NCBI GenBank assembly: GCA_041665005.1
Contig: JBAYJR010000003.1
Location: 17,102 to 81,101 of the forward strand
Length of the DNA: 64,000 nt
Origin: Candidatus Buchananbacteria bacterium
GTDB taxonomy: Bacteria; Patescibacteriota; Patescibacteriia; 2-01-FULL-39-33; JBAYJR01
Direction of reading: 5' to 3'
Shown: piece by piece, positions 9,586 through 19,849 of the stretch
Layout of the letters: every line of letters starts with the position of its first letter
Position numbering within the stretch: position 1 is the first letter of the stretch
Program-made: the position numbers and the translations under genes
Notes under the pieces: model-generated
The model's database searches: none
Seen by the model: only the letters and a program-made list of their open reading frames with translations
Told to the model about the DNA's origin: nothing

Positions 9586-10152
9586 ATGAAAATGCTTCAG
9601 GAAAAAGAGGATTTCCTCAAAAATACAATCCGCAACGCCATTGCGGTTAATCCGCTTGTTTCAATTCGCAGGATGCAGGAGATTGTTGAGAGTAACACGG
9701 GCCGTTCAATCAGCGACAAGTACGTTTCTAAATTGATGCGTAAAATCAGACGCCAAGCGGTTATTCAATCGGATCGGAAACAGATGAACGAGCGACTCGC
9801 CGAGATTAGAGAACGATTCAGGGTACTCACTGACGATTTATTCAGAACAATTTACTGGAAACCGGACTTTATTAAACAGTATGGATTATCCTACCCATCC
9901 CAGAAAGAACGATTCGCGGCGATGAAACTACTCGCTCAACTGGACCTCGCGCTTTTTCATGCAGAACTGGACGCCGGAATGTTCGAAGATAGACAAAAAG
10001 CCATAGGAGATATACTCCAACAAGGAATGCTCCCAAATGAGCTGAGAGAGCAGGTTATAGGCGTATTCAGAACATGGAAAATGGCACCGATATACAAAGG
10101 GACTAAAGTATCTTCTAATTTATCAGTAATGCCACACACCGATGGCTCGTAA
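9586..10152 (+). CDS. Hypothetical protein (possible N-terminal HTH), element cargo
   Basis: ORF track. Island-type codon usage. Confidence 0.5.
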   Translation: MKMLQEKEDFLKNTIRNAIAVNPLVSIRRMQEIVESNTGRSISDKYVSKLMRKIRRQAVIQSDRKQMNERLAEIRERFRVLTDDLFRTIYWKPDFIKQYGLSYPSQKERFAAMKLLAQLDLALFHAELDAGMFEDRQKAIGDILQQGMLPNELREQVIGVFRTWKMAPIYKGTKVSSNLSVMPHTDGS

Positions 10153-10306
10153 AAACATACCAACAAGCGGATATGATGCAATAGAGATAAGAGCTATGAT
10201 CACATCATCCAAAATGGAATTTCCAAAGAAGTGGAATAGGATCAAAAATATTACAAGCGTGAATAGCTTGTTGAGTATGGATCCGAGCTCACTATGGAAT
10301 GATCGT

Positions 10307-11767
10307 TTACTCATCGTCGTCTAATTCGTTTTTATCAAGTATCGTCAAATGTGGTTTAGCCCAATCCTCTCCATAAGCATCGCGTGTAATTTCTAAATGA
10401 GAAGGATCAGCCGCTTGTTCAATCGAATCCAGATATTGGAAGAACTCACTCTTGGTATTTGGGCTGAAAACTTTTACAGGATACCGGGACATATCAGTTT
10501 TAATCGGTTCTTCTTGTAAAAGCGCGGCCATACCGTTATCGATGAAAATCGCATCACAATACGGCAATAAGTTTGCTATGGCATTAACATCTGTGAACGT
10601 CCCTTTATTGGGCGGTTCCTTTTGTCCACTGGATGCTTTTCTGGCGATACCGGCGTAAAGCAACGAAGAAATACGCACTGACGGAATCTCCGTAACATAT
10701 TTGGATGAAAGATACTCGATGGCTTTTTTGATGGCATCTTCACCATCAATTCCTCGGCCGCGCAATGTTCGAATAAGGGCTTGAATAAGCTCGCTGGAAG
10801 GAGGTGGAAAAATGTCATTCAGGTCGATGTCCGGCTCTTTTCCCTGAAGATACTGATCGGCATACTTTTGTGGCAGCGCAGCCTGCTTTTTGAGGAACTT
10901 TAAATGAGCTAAAACAGTGCCTTTCCCAAAAGCATAGGCTTCTTCATTAACCCATTCCATGAAATTGCGTCCTCTCTCCTGTTGCCATCGCTGAAATACA
11001 CTTTTCATAGCTTCGTATTGGCTATTCCTTTCCTTGTGGACCGCTTCAAGCTGCCCATCATAGGGGCGCATGTTTACACTAACTCGCATTCTTCCAAGCC
11101 ATTCATGGAGACGACCGTGCACGATGTTGTCGACTTTAAGCTCGAGCGGCTTATCCGGCACATCATTCAAATAATTTTCAAAATGCTCCTGCACTTGAAA
11201 ACGTAGGATTGTATGATGATCGTAAAAAGTACACCCACTGGAAAGTCTTTCATAGACCTTCTTTAGCGACTTATATGGTGGGTCACCAGATAAGAGTGAT
11301 TCATCCGTGTGAAATGTAGAGTCAGGACAAACCACAAGATTCAACATCAGCAACCGATCGAGTTTTTTATATGCTTCAAGCCAAAATGGTTGAGCAATAA
11401 CCTTCTCATGACTACGAGCTGTTTTATCGAGTGCCTTCGTCATATTGCTGATAAGAAATTGGTCAAGATAGATGATTTTCTTTTTGATTTCGGGTAGAGA
11501 AAAACCTTGCTGATGCCAGCAAGTAGTACATTCACGCGAATATCCATTCCCGCCGGTTCCCACAAATACACCAAATGTCTCCTTCCCGCATTTTGGGCAC
11601 GTCTTATATGGACCAGAAATAAAATCTGCACGGGTGATGTGCTTTACGCGTTCTTCAAGTTGAGCCCTACGTTCATCTTTGGCGAGGCAACATTTCTTGT
11701 ATTTTTTTCCACTGCCACAGGAACAAGGGTCATTTCTTCCAACTTTAGTCATAGGATTCCGATTCAA
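10307..11767 (-). CDS. SEC-C motif plus zinc-ribbon protein with a large uncharacterised C-terminal domain
   Basis: N-terminal 'NDPCSCGSGKKYKKCC' SEC-C metal-binding motif, then 'CPKCGKE...CTTC' ribbon. 486 aa, divergent to the R-M operon. Confidence 0.6.
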   Translation of the reverse strand: MNRNPMTKVGRNDPCSCGSGKKYKKCCLAKDERRAQLEERVKHITRADFISGPYKTCPKCGKETFGVFVGTGGNGYSRECTTCWHQQGFSLPEIKKKIIYLDQFLISNMTKALDKTARSHEKVIAQPFWLEAYKKLDRLLMLNLVVCPDSTFHTDESLLSGDPPYKSLKKVYERLSSGCTFYDHHTILRFQVQEHFENYLNDVPDKPLELKVDNIVHGRLHEWLGRMRVSVNMRPYDGQLEAVHKERNSQYEAMKSVFQRWQQERGRNFMEWVNEEAYAFGKGTVLAHLKFLKKQAALPQKYADQYLQGKEPDIDLNDIFPPPSSELIQALIRTLRGRGIDGEDAIKKAIEYLSSKYVTEIPSVRISSLLYAGIARKASSGQKEPPNKGTFTDVNAIANLLPYCDAIFIDNGMAALLQEEPIKTDMSRYPVKVFSPNTKSEFFQYLDSIEQAADPSHLEITRDAYGEDWAKPHLTILDKNELDDDE

Positions 11768-11843
11768 CTACACGATACTTTTATTGCGTAATTATATGTC
11801 CACAAATTTGCACTGTCAACAAAAGTAAAGTATAATAAATTCC

Positions 11844-12020
11844 ATGACATTGAAAGACGAATTTTATACGGCCGAAGAACTGGCGACAAAGCTGAAGCTT
11901 AACGTCATGACGATTTACCGGTATATTAAGGCCGGTAAATTAAAAGCGCTCAAAATTGGCAAAGAATACCGCATCAATCGAGCCGAATTTGCGAAGTTTC
12001 TTAATAAATCAAAACTATAA
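11844..12020 (+). CDS. Small HTH_17/MerR-like (excisionase-family) DNA-binding protein, 58 aa. Absent from the ORF track, which has a 60-aa cutoff.
   Basis: 'LKLNVMTIYRYIKAGKLKALKIGKEYRI' helix-turn-helix. ATG at 11844, TAA at 12018. TATAAT at about 11832. It is the first gene of a coupled operon. Confidence 0.55.
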   Translation: MTLKDEFYTAEELATKLKLNVMTIYRYIKAGKLKALKIGKEYRINRAEFAKFLNKSKL

Positions 12021-12023
12021 TTT

Positions 12024-12692
12024 ATGATCAAGCTTAAATTACTTCCACCAGAAGACATAAAAAATAAAGCGATATGGTTTCAGAAATTTCGGAACGAGTG
12101 CAAGGCATATCTTGCCAAGCACGGAATTGACTACGACAAATTTACCATAGTCGAACACGACGGTTACATTGGCTTCATCTCCGAATGGGTTCTCTCTCAG
12201 TACATACGTGACGAGTTTCACGATGCAATCAAGGAGTGTTCTCCATGGGAGGACAAATTCGATCTTAAGCGAATCGAAAGAATTATAGAAAAAAATTCCA
12301 TGGACGAGGGAGATGTAGCATACGTAAAAGAGTATTTCTACGACAGCTGGGATCTAATGGTTGCTACCAAAGAAGTCGCTTATAGATGTGACATAAAGAC
12401 GGCCCTAACCAAGAAAGAGCCACAACTAAACTGGAATTTTCTCTATCCCATAATTCAAGCAGAAAAATCGGGCAAAGACCTAATGATACTCATCTATTAC
12501 ATCTATGAGGGGGATGATTTTCACAATCTGACTGGTGAGGTATTGATAGGCGCAACAACATACGATGCGATAAAAAAGTGCCCCGTCTTGAAGAAAGGAG
12601 ATACCAGTAAATTCGGGACGAAAAGTCAAGCAGACAATTACGTAACTGAGCTGTCGCGTGACTACTCTGAATTAAGTAAATTCATTCACTGA
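12024..12692 (+). CDS. Hypothetical 222-aa protein, translationally coupled between the HTH gene and Type III mod
   Basis: 3-nt gaps to both neighbours. No recognisable motif. Confidence 0.55.
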   Translation: MIKLKLLPPEDIKNKAIWFQKFRNECKAYLAKHGIDYDKFTIVEHDGYIGFISEWVLSQYIRDEFHDAIKECSPWEDKFDLKRIERIIEKNSMDEGDVAYVKEYFYDSWDLMVATKEVAYRCDIKTALTKKEPQLNWNFLYPIIQAEKSGKDLMILIYYIYEGDDFHNLTGEVLIGATTYDAIKKCPVLKKGDTSKFGTKSQADNYVTELSRDYSELSKFIH

Positions 12693-12694
12693 AC

Positions 12695-14368
12695 ATGAAA
12701 AGGAAAATAAACTACGACAATTGGTCAAAAGAGGAGCTGATTAAAGAACTACGCCGCATTAAAGAAACTAAGTACGGCCTTGTTTGGCATCGCGATTTGC
12801 CGGAAGAAAAGATCGACATATTGATCAATCCCGATGCCCGCACGCCCAGCGAGATGTTCCCGAACGAAATGGCGGGCCGGCCATTCCCTGTCCTAAAAGA
12901 GGTTAAGAACCGCGCCATCGAATCCGACGGCTCGAAGCCGGTTAATCTACTCATCGAGGGCGACAACTACCACTCACTCGCCGTTCTGAACTTCACACAC
13001 CAAGAAGCAATTGATGTTATCTATATTGATCCACCATACAACACTGGGAATAACGATTTTATCTATAGGGATAAATTTGAAAGTGACTATGTGAAAAATG
13101 ATGATCCTTTTCGGCATAGTAAGTGGATCTCTTTTATGGAACGACGGCTGAAGTTAGCGAAAAATCTATTGTCAAAAAAGGGAGCAATTTTCATAAGCAT
13201 TGATGACAATGAGTATGGGCCATTAAAGCTATTGTGTGACGAGCTTTTGGGGGAAGTGAACTTCTTGGGAACTATAGTAAGAAGACGCAGAGGTTCGCAA
13301 GCGAATTTATCAAAGAACATTTCCACGATACATGAGTATGTTCTCTGTTACGCCAAAGGCAGAGAGACACAATTAAATCGACTGACGTTTGAAGCGAAAA
13401 TAGATGACTTCAAAAATCCAGACAAAGATTCACGGGGCCCTTATGTAACAATGCCCTGCACAAATAAAGGTGGTGCAAAATATACAATTACTACTCCTAC
13501 TGGCAAAAAACATACTGACGAATGGCGATTTAAGGAAGAAACATATCTGGAATTGTTAAAAGATAGCCGAATTGTTTTTCCCAAAAAAGGCGATGGCAAA
13601 CCTCGATACAAACTTTTCTTAAAAGAAAAGGAAGGGAGTGGCGTGATCGCCAGTACTTGGTGGGACGATGCCGCTACCAACCAAGAAGCGACGTCGGAGT
13701 TAAAGGCCTTGTTTGGAGGAGAGTTGGTATTCAACAACCCCAAACCCGTTGGTTTAATAAAGCGAATCATAGCATTGGCATCAGATAAAAATTCAACGAT
13801 TCTCGATTTCATGGCCGGATCAGGAACGACTGGACACGCTGTTATGGAACTCAACAAAGAAGATGGCGGCCAGCGGCAATTTATCCTCTGTACTAACAAC
13901 GAAAACAACATTTGTACCGATGTGTGTTATCCCAGAATCAAAAAGGTTATCGAGGGTTACAAAAACTTGAAGAAAGAAAAAGTGGATGGATTGGGAGGCA
14001 ACCTGAGATACTACACTTGCGACTTTGTCGAAGCTAAGCCGACCGATCTCTGTAAACGCAAGCTCGTAAATGAATGCACCGAGATGCTCTGCATCCATGA
14101 AAATACCTTCGAGCTGGTACAAGATGATAAGGACTTCAAAATCTTCAGAAACGGCGACCGATACCTTGGTATTGTATTCTACGAAGACGCAATTGATGAC
14201 TTCAAAAAAGCGATCGTGAAAATTAAAGGTCACTGCAATGCATACATTTTCTCGATGACCGACGATCCAAACAAGAGTCAGTTTGCCGATGTCGCCAGCA
14301 AGGTGACACTGTGTGCCATACCTGAAGTGATCCTGAAGGTTTATCGGGAAATCTTCAAAGAGCAATAA
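12695..14368 (+). CDS. mod: Type III restriction-modification DNA methyltransferase (Mod, N6-adenine, beta class)
   Basis: 'IYIDPPYNTGN' (motif IV DPPY) precedes 'DFMAGSGTTGHAV' (motif I). Size and order are typical of Type III Mod. Confidence 0.9.
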   Translation: MKRKINYDNWSKEELIKELRRIKETKYGLVWHRDLPEEKIDILINPDARTPSEMFPNEMAGRPFPVLKEVKNRAIESDGSKPVNLLIEGDNYHSLAVLNFTHQEAIDVIYIDPPYNTGNNDFIYRDKFESDYVKNDDPFRHSKWISFMERRLKLAKNLLSKKGAIFISIDDNEYGPLKLLCDELLGEVNFLGTIVRRRRGSQANLSKNISTIHEYVLCYAKGRETQLNRLTFEAKIDDFKNPDKDSRGPYVTMPCTNKGGAKYTITTPTGKKHTDEWRFKEETYLELLKDSRIVFPKKGDGKPRYKLFLKEKEGSGVIASTWWDDAATNQEATSELKALFGGELVFNNPKPVGLIKRIIALASDKNSTILDFMAGSGTTGHAVMELNKEDGGQRQFILCTNNENNICTDVCYPRIKKVIEGYKNLKKEKVDGLGGNLRYYTCDFVEAKPTDLCKRKLVNECTEMLCIHENTFELVQDDKDFKIFRNGDRYLGIVFYEDAIDDFKKAIVKIKGHCNAYIFSMTDDPNKSQFADVASKVTLCAIPEVILKVYREIFKEQ

Positions 14369-14369
14369 T

Positions 14370-16607
14370 ATGACAAACGTCGAACTCAAAAATTATCAAG
14401 AAAAAGCAGTTGCGGATATCCGCGACAAAGGAAACCGGCTGTTCGAAAAGGACGGCAGCCGCATTTTGGTATTCAAGGCCCCGACTGGCTCGGGCAAAAC
14501 GCTCATGATGGCTGAATGGATGATGCGACTATGTGATCCATTCTCACGCACCGATGGCAAGAAGTTCTCCTTCATTTGGATCGCAGTCAATAAACTCCAC
14601 GACCAAAGCCATAACAACCTGAAGAAGTTCTATGCGAAAGAAGGGCTTGGTCTCCGGTGCTCATATTTTGAGGATTTGGAGGAGAGGCAGATCAAGCAGA
14701 ACGAAATTCTATTTCTCAACTGGGCAAGTATTAACAAGGAAGGAAACATATACATTCGCGCCAACGAACGTGATAACAACATTTCGAACGTCATTGAGCG
14801 GACAAAAGAAGCTGGCCGCACGGTCGTGCTCATCATCGATGAAAGCCATCACACTGCCAAAAGTGACAATTCACGTGAACTTATTGATGGCATCGGCCCG
14901 AAGCTCACTGTCGAAGTGTCAGCTACGCCTCAGCTCACCAATTTCGTAGACGAAATCGTGACCGTCGAGCTTGCTGACGTAAAAGACGAAGGCATGATCA
15001 AACGAGAGATAACCATCAATCCGGGCTTCGAAAGCTACAAGTTCGACAAGAAAATCAAAGACAAGGCAGCCGATGAGATCGTGATCGAAGCGGCGCTCAA
15101 GGCGCGCGCTGGACTCGTGAAAGCGCTCGCCGCAGAGGGATCGAGCGTCAACCCGCTCCTTCTCATCCAGCTACCGGATGCTCGCAAGGGACTGATCGAT
15201 AAAAAAGACATCGTGATTCAAATCCTCGCAAAATACGGCATCACAACAAAGAATGGCAAACTCGCGATCTACCTTTCGGAAAAAGACAATAAGATCAATC
15301 TTGAAAACATCGAAAAGAACGAGAACGAAGTGGAAGTGATGATCTTCAAACAAGCGATTGCGCTTGGCTGGGATTGCCCACGTGCTTCAATTCTCGTTCT
15401 CTTCCGCGAATGGAAAAGCATGGTGTTCTCCATTCAAACGGTGGGCCGGATTATGCGTATGCCGGAGCACCGCCACTACAAGGACCCGGCACTGAACATC
15501 GGGTATGTCTACACCAGCTTGAGCGACATCACCATCGCTGAGGACATCGCCAAGGAATACGTGACGGTCTACTACGGACGCCGTCGCGACGATTATAAAA
15601 ACATTGATTTCGCCTCCTATCACTCGAAACGCTTCCGCGAGGAAACGCGTTTGTCGGCCGACTTTGTGCCGATCTTCTTCACTGCCGCAGACGAACAGAA
15701 ACTTAAAACCAAAATCTCGCTCAAGCACAGCATCGTAGATACAAAGCTTATAGCGAGTGGCCGGATCACAGATGTGGACAAGGAAGCTAAGAGTATCGAG
15801 AAAAAAGGAACGCTGGATATACCAAAAACAGAAACCGAACTGCAGGCCGCGTTCGACAATTTCGCACGTGAGAATCTTGCGCCATTCGCGCCGGAGCTCC
15901 GATCGCTCAAACGAATCAATGACTCAATCTACAGATTCTTCGATAAGGCGTTCAAGATGGGACTCGATGACTGGCCAAAAATTCAAGCCATCGTGCTTGC
16001 AGAAGAAAACCGACAGGCCCTCGTTGACGTCATCAATCGCGCAAAAGAGCTGTATCAAGAAGCGGTCGGCAAGGGTAAGCATGAGGTAGTGCAAAACGAT
16101 GAGCCGTGGAACGTGCCGGAGGAAATTCGCTACAACATCACATTCACAAAAAAAGACTATAAAAAATCCGTCATCCAACCCTACTACGCAAAAACACAAG
16201 GCGACAGCTCGATAACGGACTTTGAGGAAGATAGCGCGGTCGAGGTTTCATTTATCGACACACTCGAGAAGGCAAAAAAGGTGAAGTGGTGGTTTAAGAA
16301 TGGCAGTAAGGATGGATCGTATTTCGCCGTGCCTTATACCGAGAATGGAATGCAAAAAGCATTCTACGTAGACTTCATTGTCATGCTGACTGACGGATCA
16401 ATTGGCCTTTTCGATACCAAGGGCGGCATCTACGCGCAAACCGCAAAGGATCGTGCCGAGGGACTTGCCGCATACCTCGCCAAAAGCAAGAAGCTTTTCG
16501 GCGGCATTGTCGTCAAAGATAAAAACAGCTGGCGTTATAACGACAATAATAAATACAACTATGATCAGAACAATCTCAAGGATTGGAAGTTCTTGGACAT
16601 AAGCTAA
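14370..16607 (+). CDS. res: Type III restriction enzyme Res subunit (SF2 helicase plus nuclease)
   Basis: Walker A 'KAPTGSGKT' and motif II 'IIDESHH'. Start is 2 nt after the mod stop. Confidence 0.9.
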   Translation: MTNVELKNYQEKAVADIRDKGNRLFEKDGSRILVFKAPTGSGKTLMMAEWMMRLCDPFSRTDGKKFSFIWIAVNKLHDQSHNNLKKFYAKEGLGLRCSYFEDLEERQIKQNEILFLNWASINKEGNIYIRANERDNNISNVIERTKEAGRTVVLIIDESHHTAKSDNSRELIDGIGPKLTVEVSATPQLTNFVDEIVTVELADVKDEGMIKREITINPGFESYKFDKKIKDKAADEIVIEAALKARAGLVKALAAEGSSVNPLLLIQLPDARKGLIDKKDIVIQILAKYGITTKNGKLAIYLSEKDNKINLENIEKNENEVEVMIFKQAIALGWDCPRASILVLFREWKSMVFSIQTVGRIMRMPEHRHYKDPALNIGYVYTSLSDITIAEDIAKEYVTVYYGRRRDDYKNIDFASYHSKRFREETRLSADFVPIFFTAADEQKLKTKISLKHSIVDTKLIASGRITDVDKEAKSIEKKGTLDIPKTETELQAAFDNFARENLAPFAPELRSLKRINDSIYRFFDKAFKMGLDDWPKIQAIVLAEENRQALVDVINRAKELYQEAVGKGKHEVVQNDEPWNVPEEIRYNITFTKKDYKKSVIQPYYAKTQGDSSITDFEEDSAVEVSFIDTLEKAKKVKWWFKNGSKDGSYFAVPYTENGMQKAFYVDFIVMLTDGSIGLFDTKGGIYAQTAKDRAEGLAAYLAKSKKLFGGIVVKDKNSWRYNDNNKYNYDQNNLKDWKFLDIS

Positions 16608-16985
16608 GCACCAGAATCGCGTTAGACAAAAAAATTGGAGCCCCCAGAGGAGTTGTGGCAAGATTCGGAGATTGATAGGGACTTCTGGCTAAAAGCGCAA
16701 CCCTGAGAGCCACAGCAAGAACCATGAGCAATTAAGTAGATTTATTCATATGAATACGGCATAATAGAAATCGACAATTGAATATCAAAGGACCTAACCC
16801 TTTCGGATTAACCCGGGAGGTATGGTCGAAAATCGCATGACTGCAAAGATCCCATCATCAGGATCGCAGTCATGCGTTATGCGGGGAAACTCGCATATGA
16901 GCCGCAAGGCTCTACCTGGTGGTGGGTTTTTTGCAAAAAAGACCCGGTCAAACACCAGGTTAAGTAATTAACTTAACCAACGACT

Positions 16986-18050
16986 ATGATCAGAAAAATA
17001 AGCTGGATCTTCTCGATACTGTTTGGACTCGTGGGCATCGCCTCTTTAGCGAAAACTCCCATATTCGGACTTCTCACGCTCGTACTTGCGATCGTCATCT
17101 TTCCAAAAACAAAAGAGTTCATCAAAAATAAATTCGGCTATATTCTATCGCGCAAATTAAAAATAGGAATTGCTATTGTGTTATTCATCGGGATGGTGAT
17201 AGCCCTTCCCGGAACCAAAGTCACACCAGCAGTAGAAAATCAACAATCAACTCTGCAACAGGCCAACGAACAGGCGGCCGCCACTACTTCTCCGGAGGCT
17301 ACGACTCAACCTCAGTCCGATTCGATTTCCACTCCCCAAACTCAAGTCGCCGACGGCCAACAAAACAATCCGGCGCCTACTCCGACTCAAGCGCAACCAT
17401 CTGGCCTCGTAAAAGTCGTGTCAGTAACCGATGGCGATACAATCAAAGTATCAATAAACGGTACTACACAAACAATCAGAATGATCGGCATGGATACACC
17501 GGAGACGGTTGATCCGAGGAAGCCAGTCCAGTGTTTCGGCAAAGAAGCATCAAACAAAACAAAAGCTACATTGTTGAATCAGATGGTTCGATTAGAGTCC
17601 GATCCAACGCAGGGAGATTTGGATAAATACCAAAGACTGCTCAGATATGTCTTTCTGTCCGACGGCACCAACTTCGAGAAATCCATGATCGAACAGGGAT
17701 ACGCTTACGAATACACGTATAATATTCCATACAAGTATCAAGCCGAATTCAAGGCCGCACAGAAAGATGCCCAACAGAACCAGCGCGGACTGTGGAGTCC
17801 GACAACCTGCAATGGTACGACGAGTCCAACTTCGGGAACGACTCAGCCGACACCAACTCCAACAGCACAACCAGCTCAGACAAGTGGCCACACATTTTAT
17901 TTGAGCAGTTATAAGACGGCAAAGTACTACTACTGCGATACCGATGACGGCTGGAAAGGACTCACTCCAGAATACCTGAAGTCATATCCATCAGAACAAG
18001 CACTGCTCAAAGACTATCCTTCGAGGACACTACACGAAGCGTGCAAATAA
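16986..18050 (+). CDS. Secreted or membrane-anchored thermonuclease (SNase / micrococcal nuclease family) with a TQP-rich linker and a C-terminal Cys-containing domain
   Basis: 'VTDGDTIKV...IRMIGMDTPET...YQRLLRYVF...EQGYAY' SNase core. N-terminal TM. Confidence 0.8.
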   Translation: MIRKISWIFSILFGLVGIASLAKTPIFGLLTLVLAIVIFPKTKEFIKNKFGYILSRKLKIGIAIVLFIGMVIALPGTKVTPAVENQQSTLQQANEQAAATTSPEATTQPQSDSISTPQTQVADGQQNNPAPTPTQAQPSGLVKVVSVTDGDTIKVSINGTTQTIRMIGMDTPETVDPRKPVQCFGKEASNKTKATLLNQMVRLESDPTQGDLDKYQRLLRYVFLSDGTNFEKSMIEQGYAYEYTYNIPYKYQAEFKAAQKDAQQNQRGLWSPTTCNGTTSPTSGTTQPTPTPTAQPAQTSGHTFYLSSYKTAKYYYCDTDDGWKGLTPEYLKSYPSEQALLKDYPSRTLHEACK

Positions 18051-18146
18051 AAAGTGACCCTATATTTTCTTTGATTTTAGGCCGTTTTTTCGGTATCATG
18101 ATATTACAACAGTGTTAGATTAACATGACTATTAACCTAAATTATT

Positions 18147-18965
18147 ATGATGCTCGAGGAAGAATTCAACAAAGATATCTGGTCTCTTTTGCAGGAGATT
18201 AAGAGCAAAATTTTGCGTGCGTCCCAGGGGTCGGATGTTGAATTTCTTAAACCTGCAACTGAACGGTTATCGCTTTTTAGTAAATTAAAGGAATGGGGCG
18301 TAACTGATGATGATTGGGTATTTGCTAAAGACTACGTAGGGCTTGAGAAATTGATTTTAACCGTCCATCAACCGGAGTTTGATCAACTCTACGACAAATT
18401 TAAATACGAATTTTCTCCCAAAATACAAATTTTGGAAAGAGAAATTATTAGAGAAAGACCAGAGCAAGAGAAGATTACTAAAAACAAATTCCCCTATAGG
18501 TTGCCGTCAGGCACAATATGGGCAAATGTTACCATCAAATTTTTAGACGATGAAAATATATTCATCCAAGTTGGGCGCTTCAAGCACAGCACCAACTATA
18601 AAGAAATGGGGTTTGTTGGCAAAGGCAATAACCCTAATCCAAGTGAGGGGTGGGTATTTCTAAGGGTGTTAGCAAGGGTACATGGCGAGCTAACCCTAAA
18701 AGACCCTGAGGCAAGAGATAAGTATAAAAAACAAAAGGAATTATTAACAAAATCACTTCAAGATTATTTTTCTATAGACTATGATCCATTTTTTCCATAC
18801 CGCTCTTCTACAGAGAAACATGGCAATTCCTATCAAATTAAAATAACCTTAATTCCATCATTGTCAGACCAAAACGAAAAAGGGCCTGTTGATGATGACA
18901 ATGATGGGCTCGGCGTAAAAGAGTACTTAGATAGCCAAACCAAACAGGTATACGAGGAAGAATAG
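18147..18965 (+). CDS. Hypothetical protein (element cargo)
   Basis: ORF track. Acidic C-terminus. Confidence 0.5.
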   Translation: MMLEEEFNKDIWSLLQEIKSKILRASQGSDVEFLKPATERLSLFSKLKEWGVTDDDWVFAKDYVGLEKLILTVHQPEFDQLYDKFKYEFSPKIQILEREIIRERPEQEKITKNKFPYRLPSGTIWANVTIKFLDDENIFIQVGRFKHSTNYKEMGFVGKGNNPNPSEGWVFLRVLARVHGELTLKDPEARDKYKKQKELLTKSLQDYFSIDYDPFFPYRSSTEKHGNSYQIKITLIPSLSDQNEKGPVDDDNDGLGVKEYLDSQTKQVYEEE

Positions 18966-19102
18966 CGAAACTCGCCTATAGCGCTTGAATAAATAAGAAG
19001 ACCTAAACTCCCCACAAAATGGGGAGTTTTTACATTTTTTCATTTTCAGCGTGAAATTCGCCATCTATGAGTAGACGAAGGTAATTAACCTAACTAAATT
19101 AT

Positions 19103-19381
19103 ATGACCAAAATATTAGCAGACCAGGAATTAGACAGTTTTGACGATCAGGTAAGGTTTTTTAATACGTTTGATTTAGGCGCCGCCGCATCACTTGCTAC
19201 GGCGGGTTTTGAGTTGATCACTTTAGATAAGTCAAACCCTCGCAAAGTTCAATTCGTCTTTTGCCGGACAAACGGCATCGAAAAGGTCGTGGACGATTAT
19301 TGGGCCGACAAGTTGGAGGTCAAAGCGAGGTCGTTTTTTGACAACGTAAAAATGTTAAAAAATCGTATTTATAGCGAATAA
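19103..19381 (+). CDS. Hypothetical small protein
   Basis: ORF track. Confidence 0.4.
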   Translation: MTKILADQELDSFDDQVRFFNTFDLGAAASLATAGFELITLDKSNPRKVQFVFCRTNGIEKVVDDYWADKLEVKARSFFDNVKMLKNRIYSE

Positions 19382-19386
19382 ATTAT

Positions 19387-19671
19387 ATGAACCAAAATAA
19401 CGAAGAAAATAAGATTGACGATGGGGACTTGATAATCATTACGGTGGAGATTTCAAAGGAAGAAATACAATCGTTAGCCAGTGGCAACTTCGGCAGAGAA
19501 CTCACCGACATTGAAATCAACAGGATTAAAGAATGCTGGTATGACTCTGACGCTGTTTTTGATAATAGGTGTGGTTTAATTTTGGCCGCAATCGAAGATG
19601 CAACAGATGAGAAAAATGGTTGGTGGAATCAAGTAGATAAAGATTTTATAGATCAGCAGAAAAGTAAGTAG
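19387..19671 (+). CDS. Hypothetical small acidic protein
   Basis: ORF track. 5-nt gap from the upstream ORF. Confidence 0.4.
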   Translation: MNQNNEENKIDDGDLIIITVEISKEEIQSLASGNFGRELTDIEINRIKECWYDSDAVFDNRCGLILAAIEDATDEKNGWWNQVDKDFIDQQKSK

Positions 19672-19849
19672 CCGAATACTAAAGCCATGTCAGAAAAAAG
19701 AGAATTACAAATAAAAATAGCAACGCAAGTAATACCCGAGGACGTTTCAGATCGGACACTATTCGCATTGTTTGATTTTCTTTTGACTGACAAAACGCAA
19801 CAAGGCAAAGATGAAAAGGTCGAGCCGATATTAGCAACAACTACTGATT

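Noticed and set aside
11844-12020. Firm assignment of the small HTH protein as an excisionase
   Set aside because: It is translationally coupled to the R-M operon, so a controller (C-protein-like) role is equally plausible. It is left as a generic HTH_17 DNA-binding protein.
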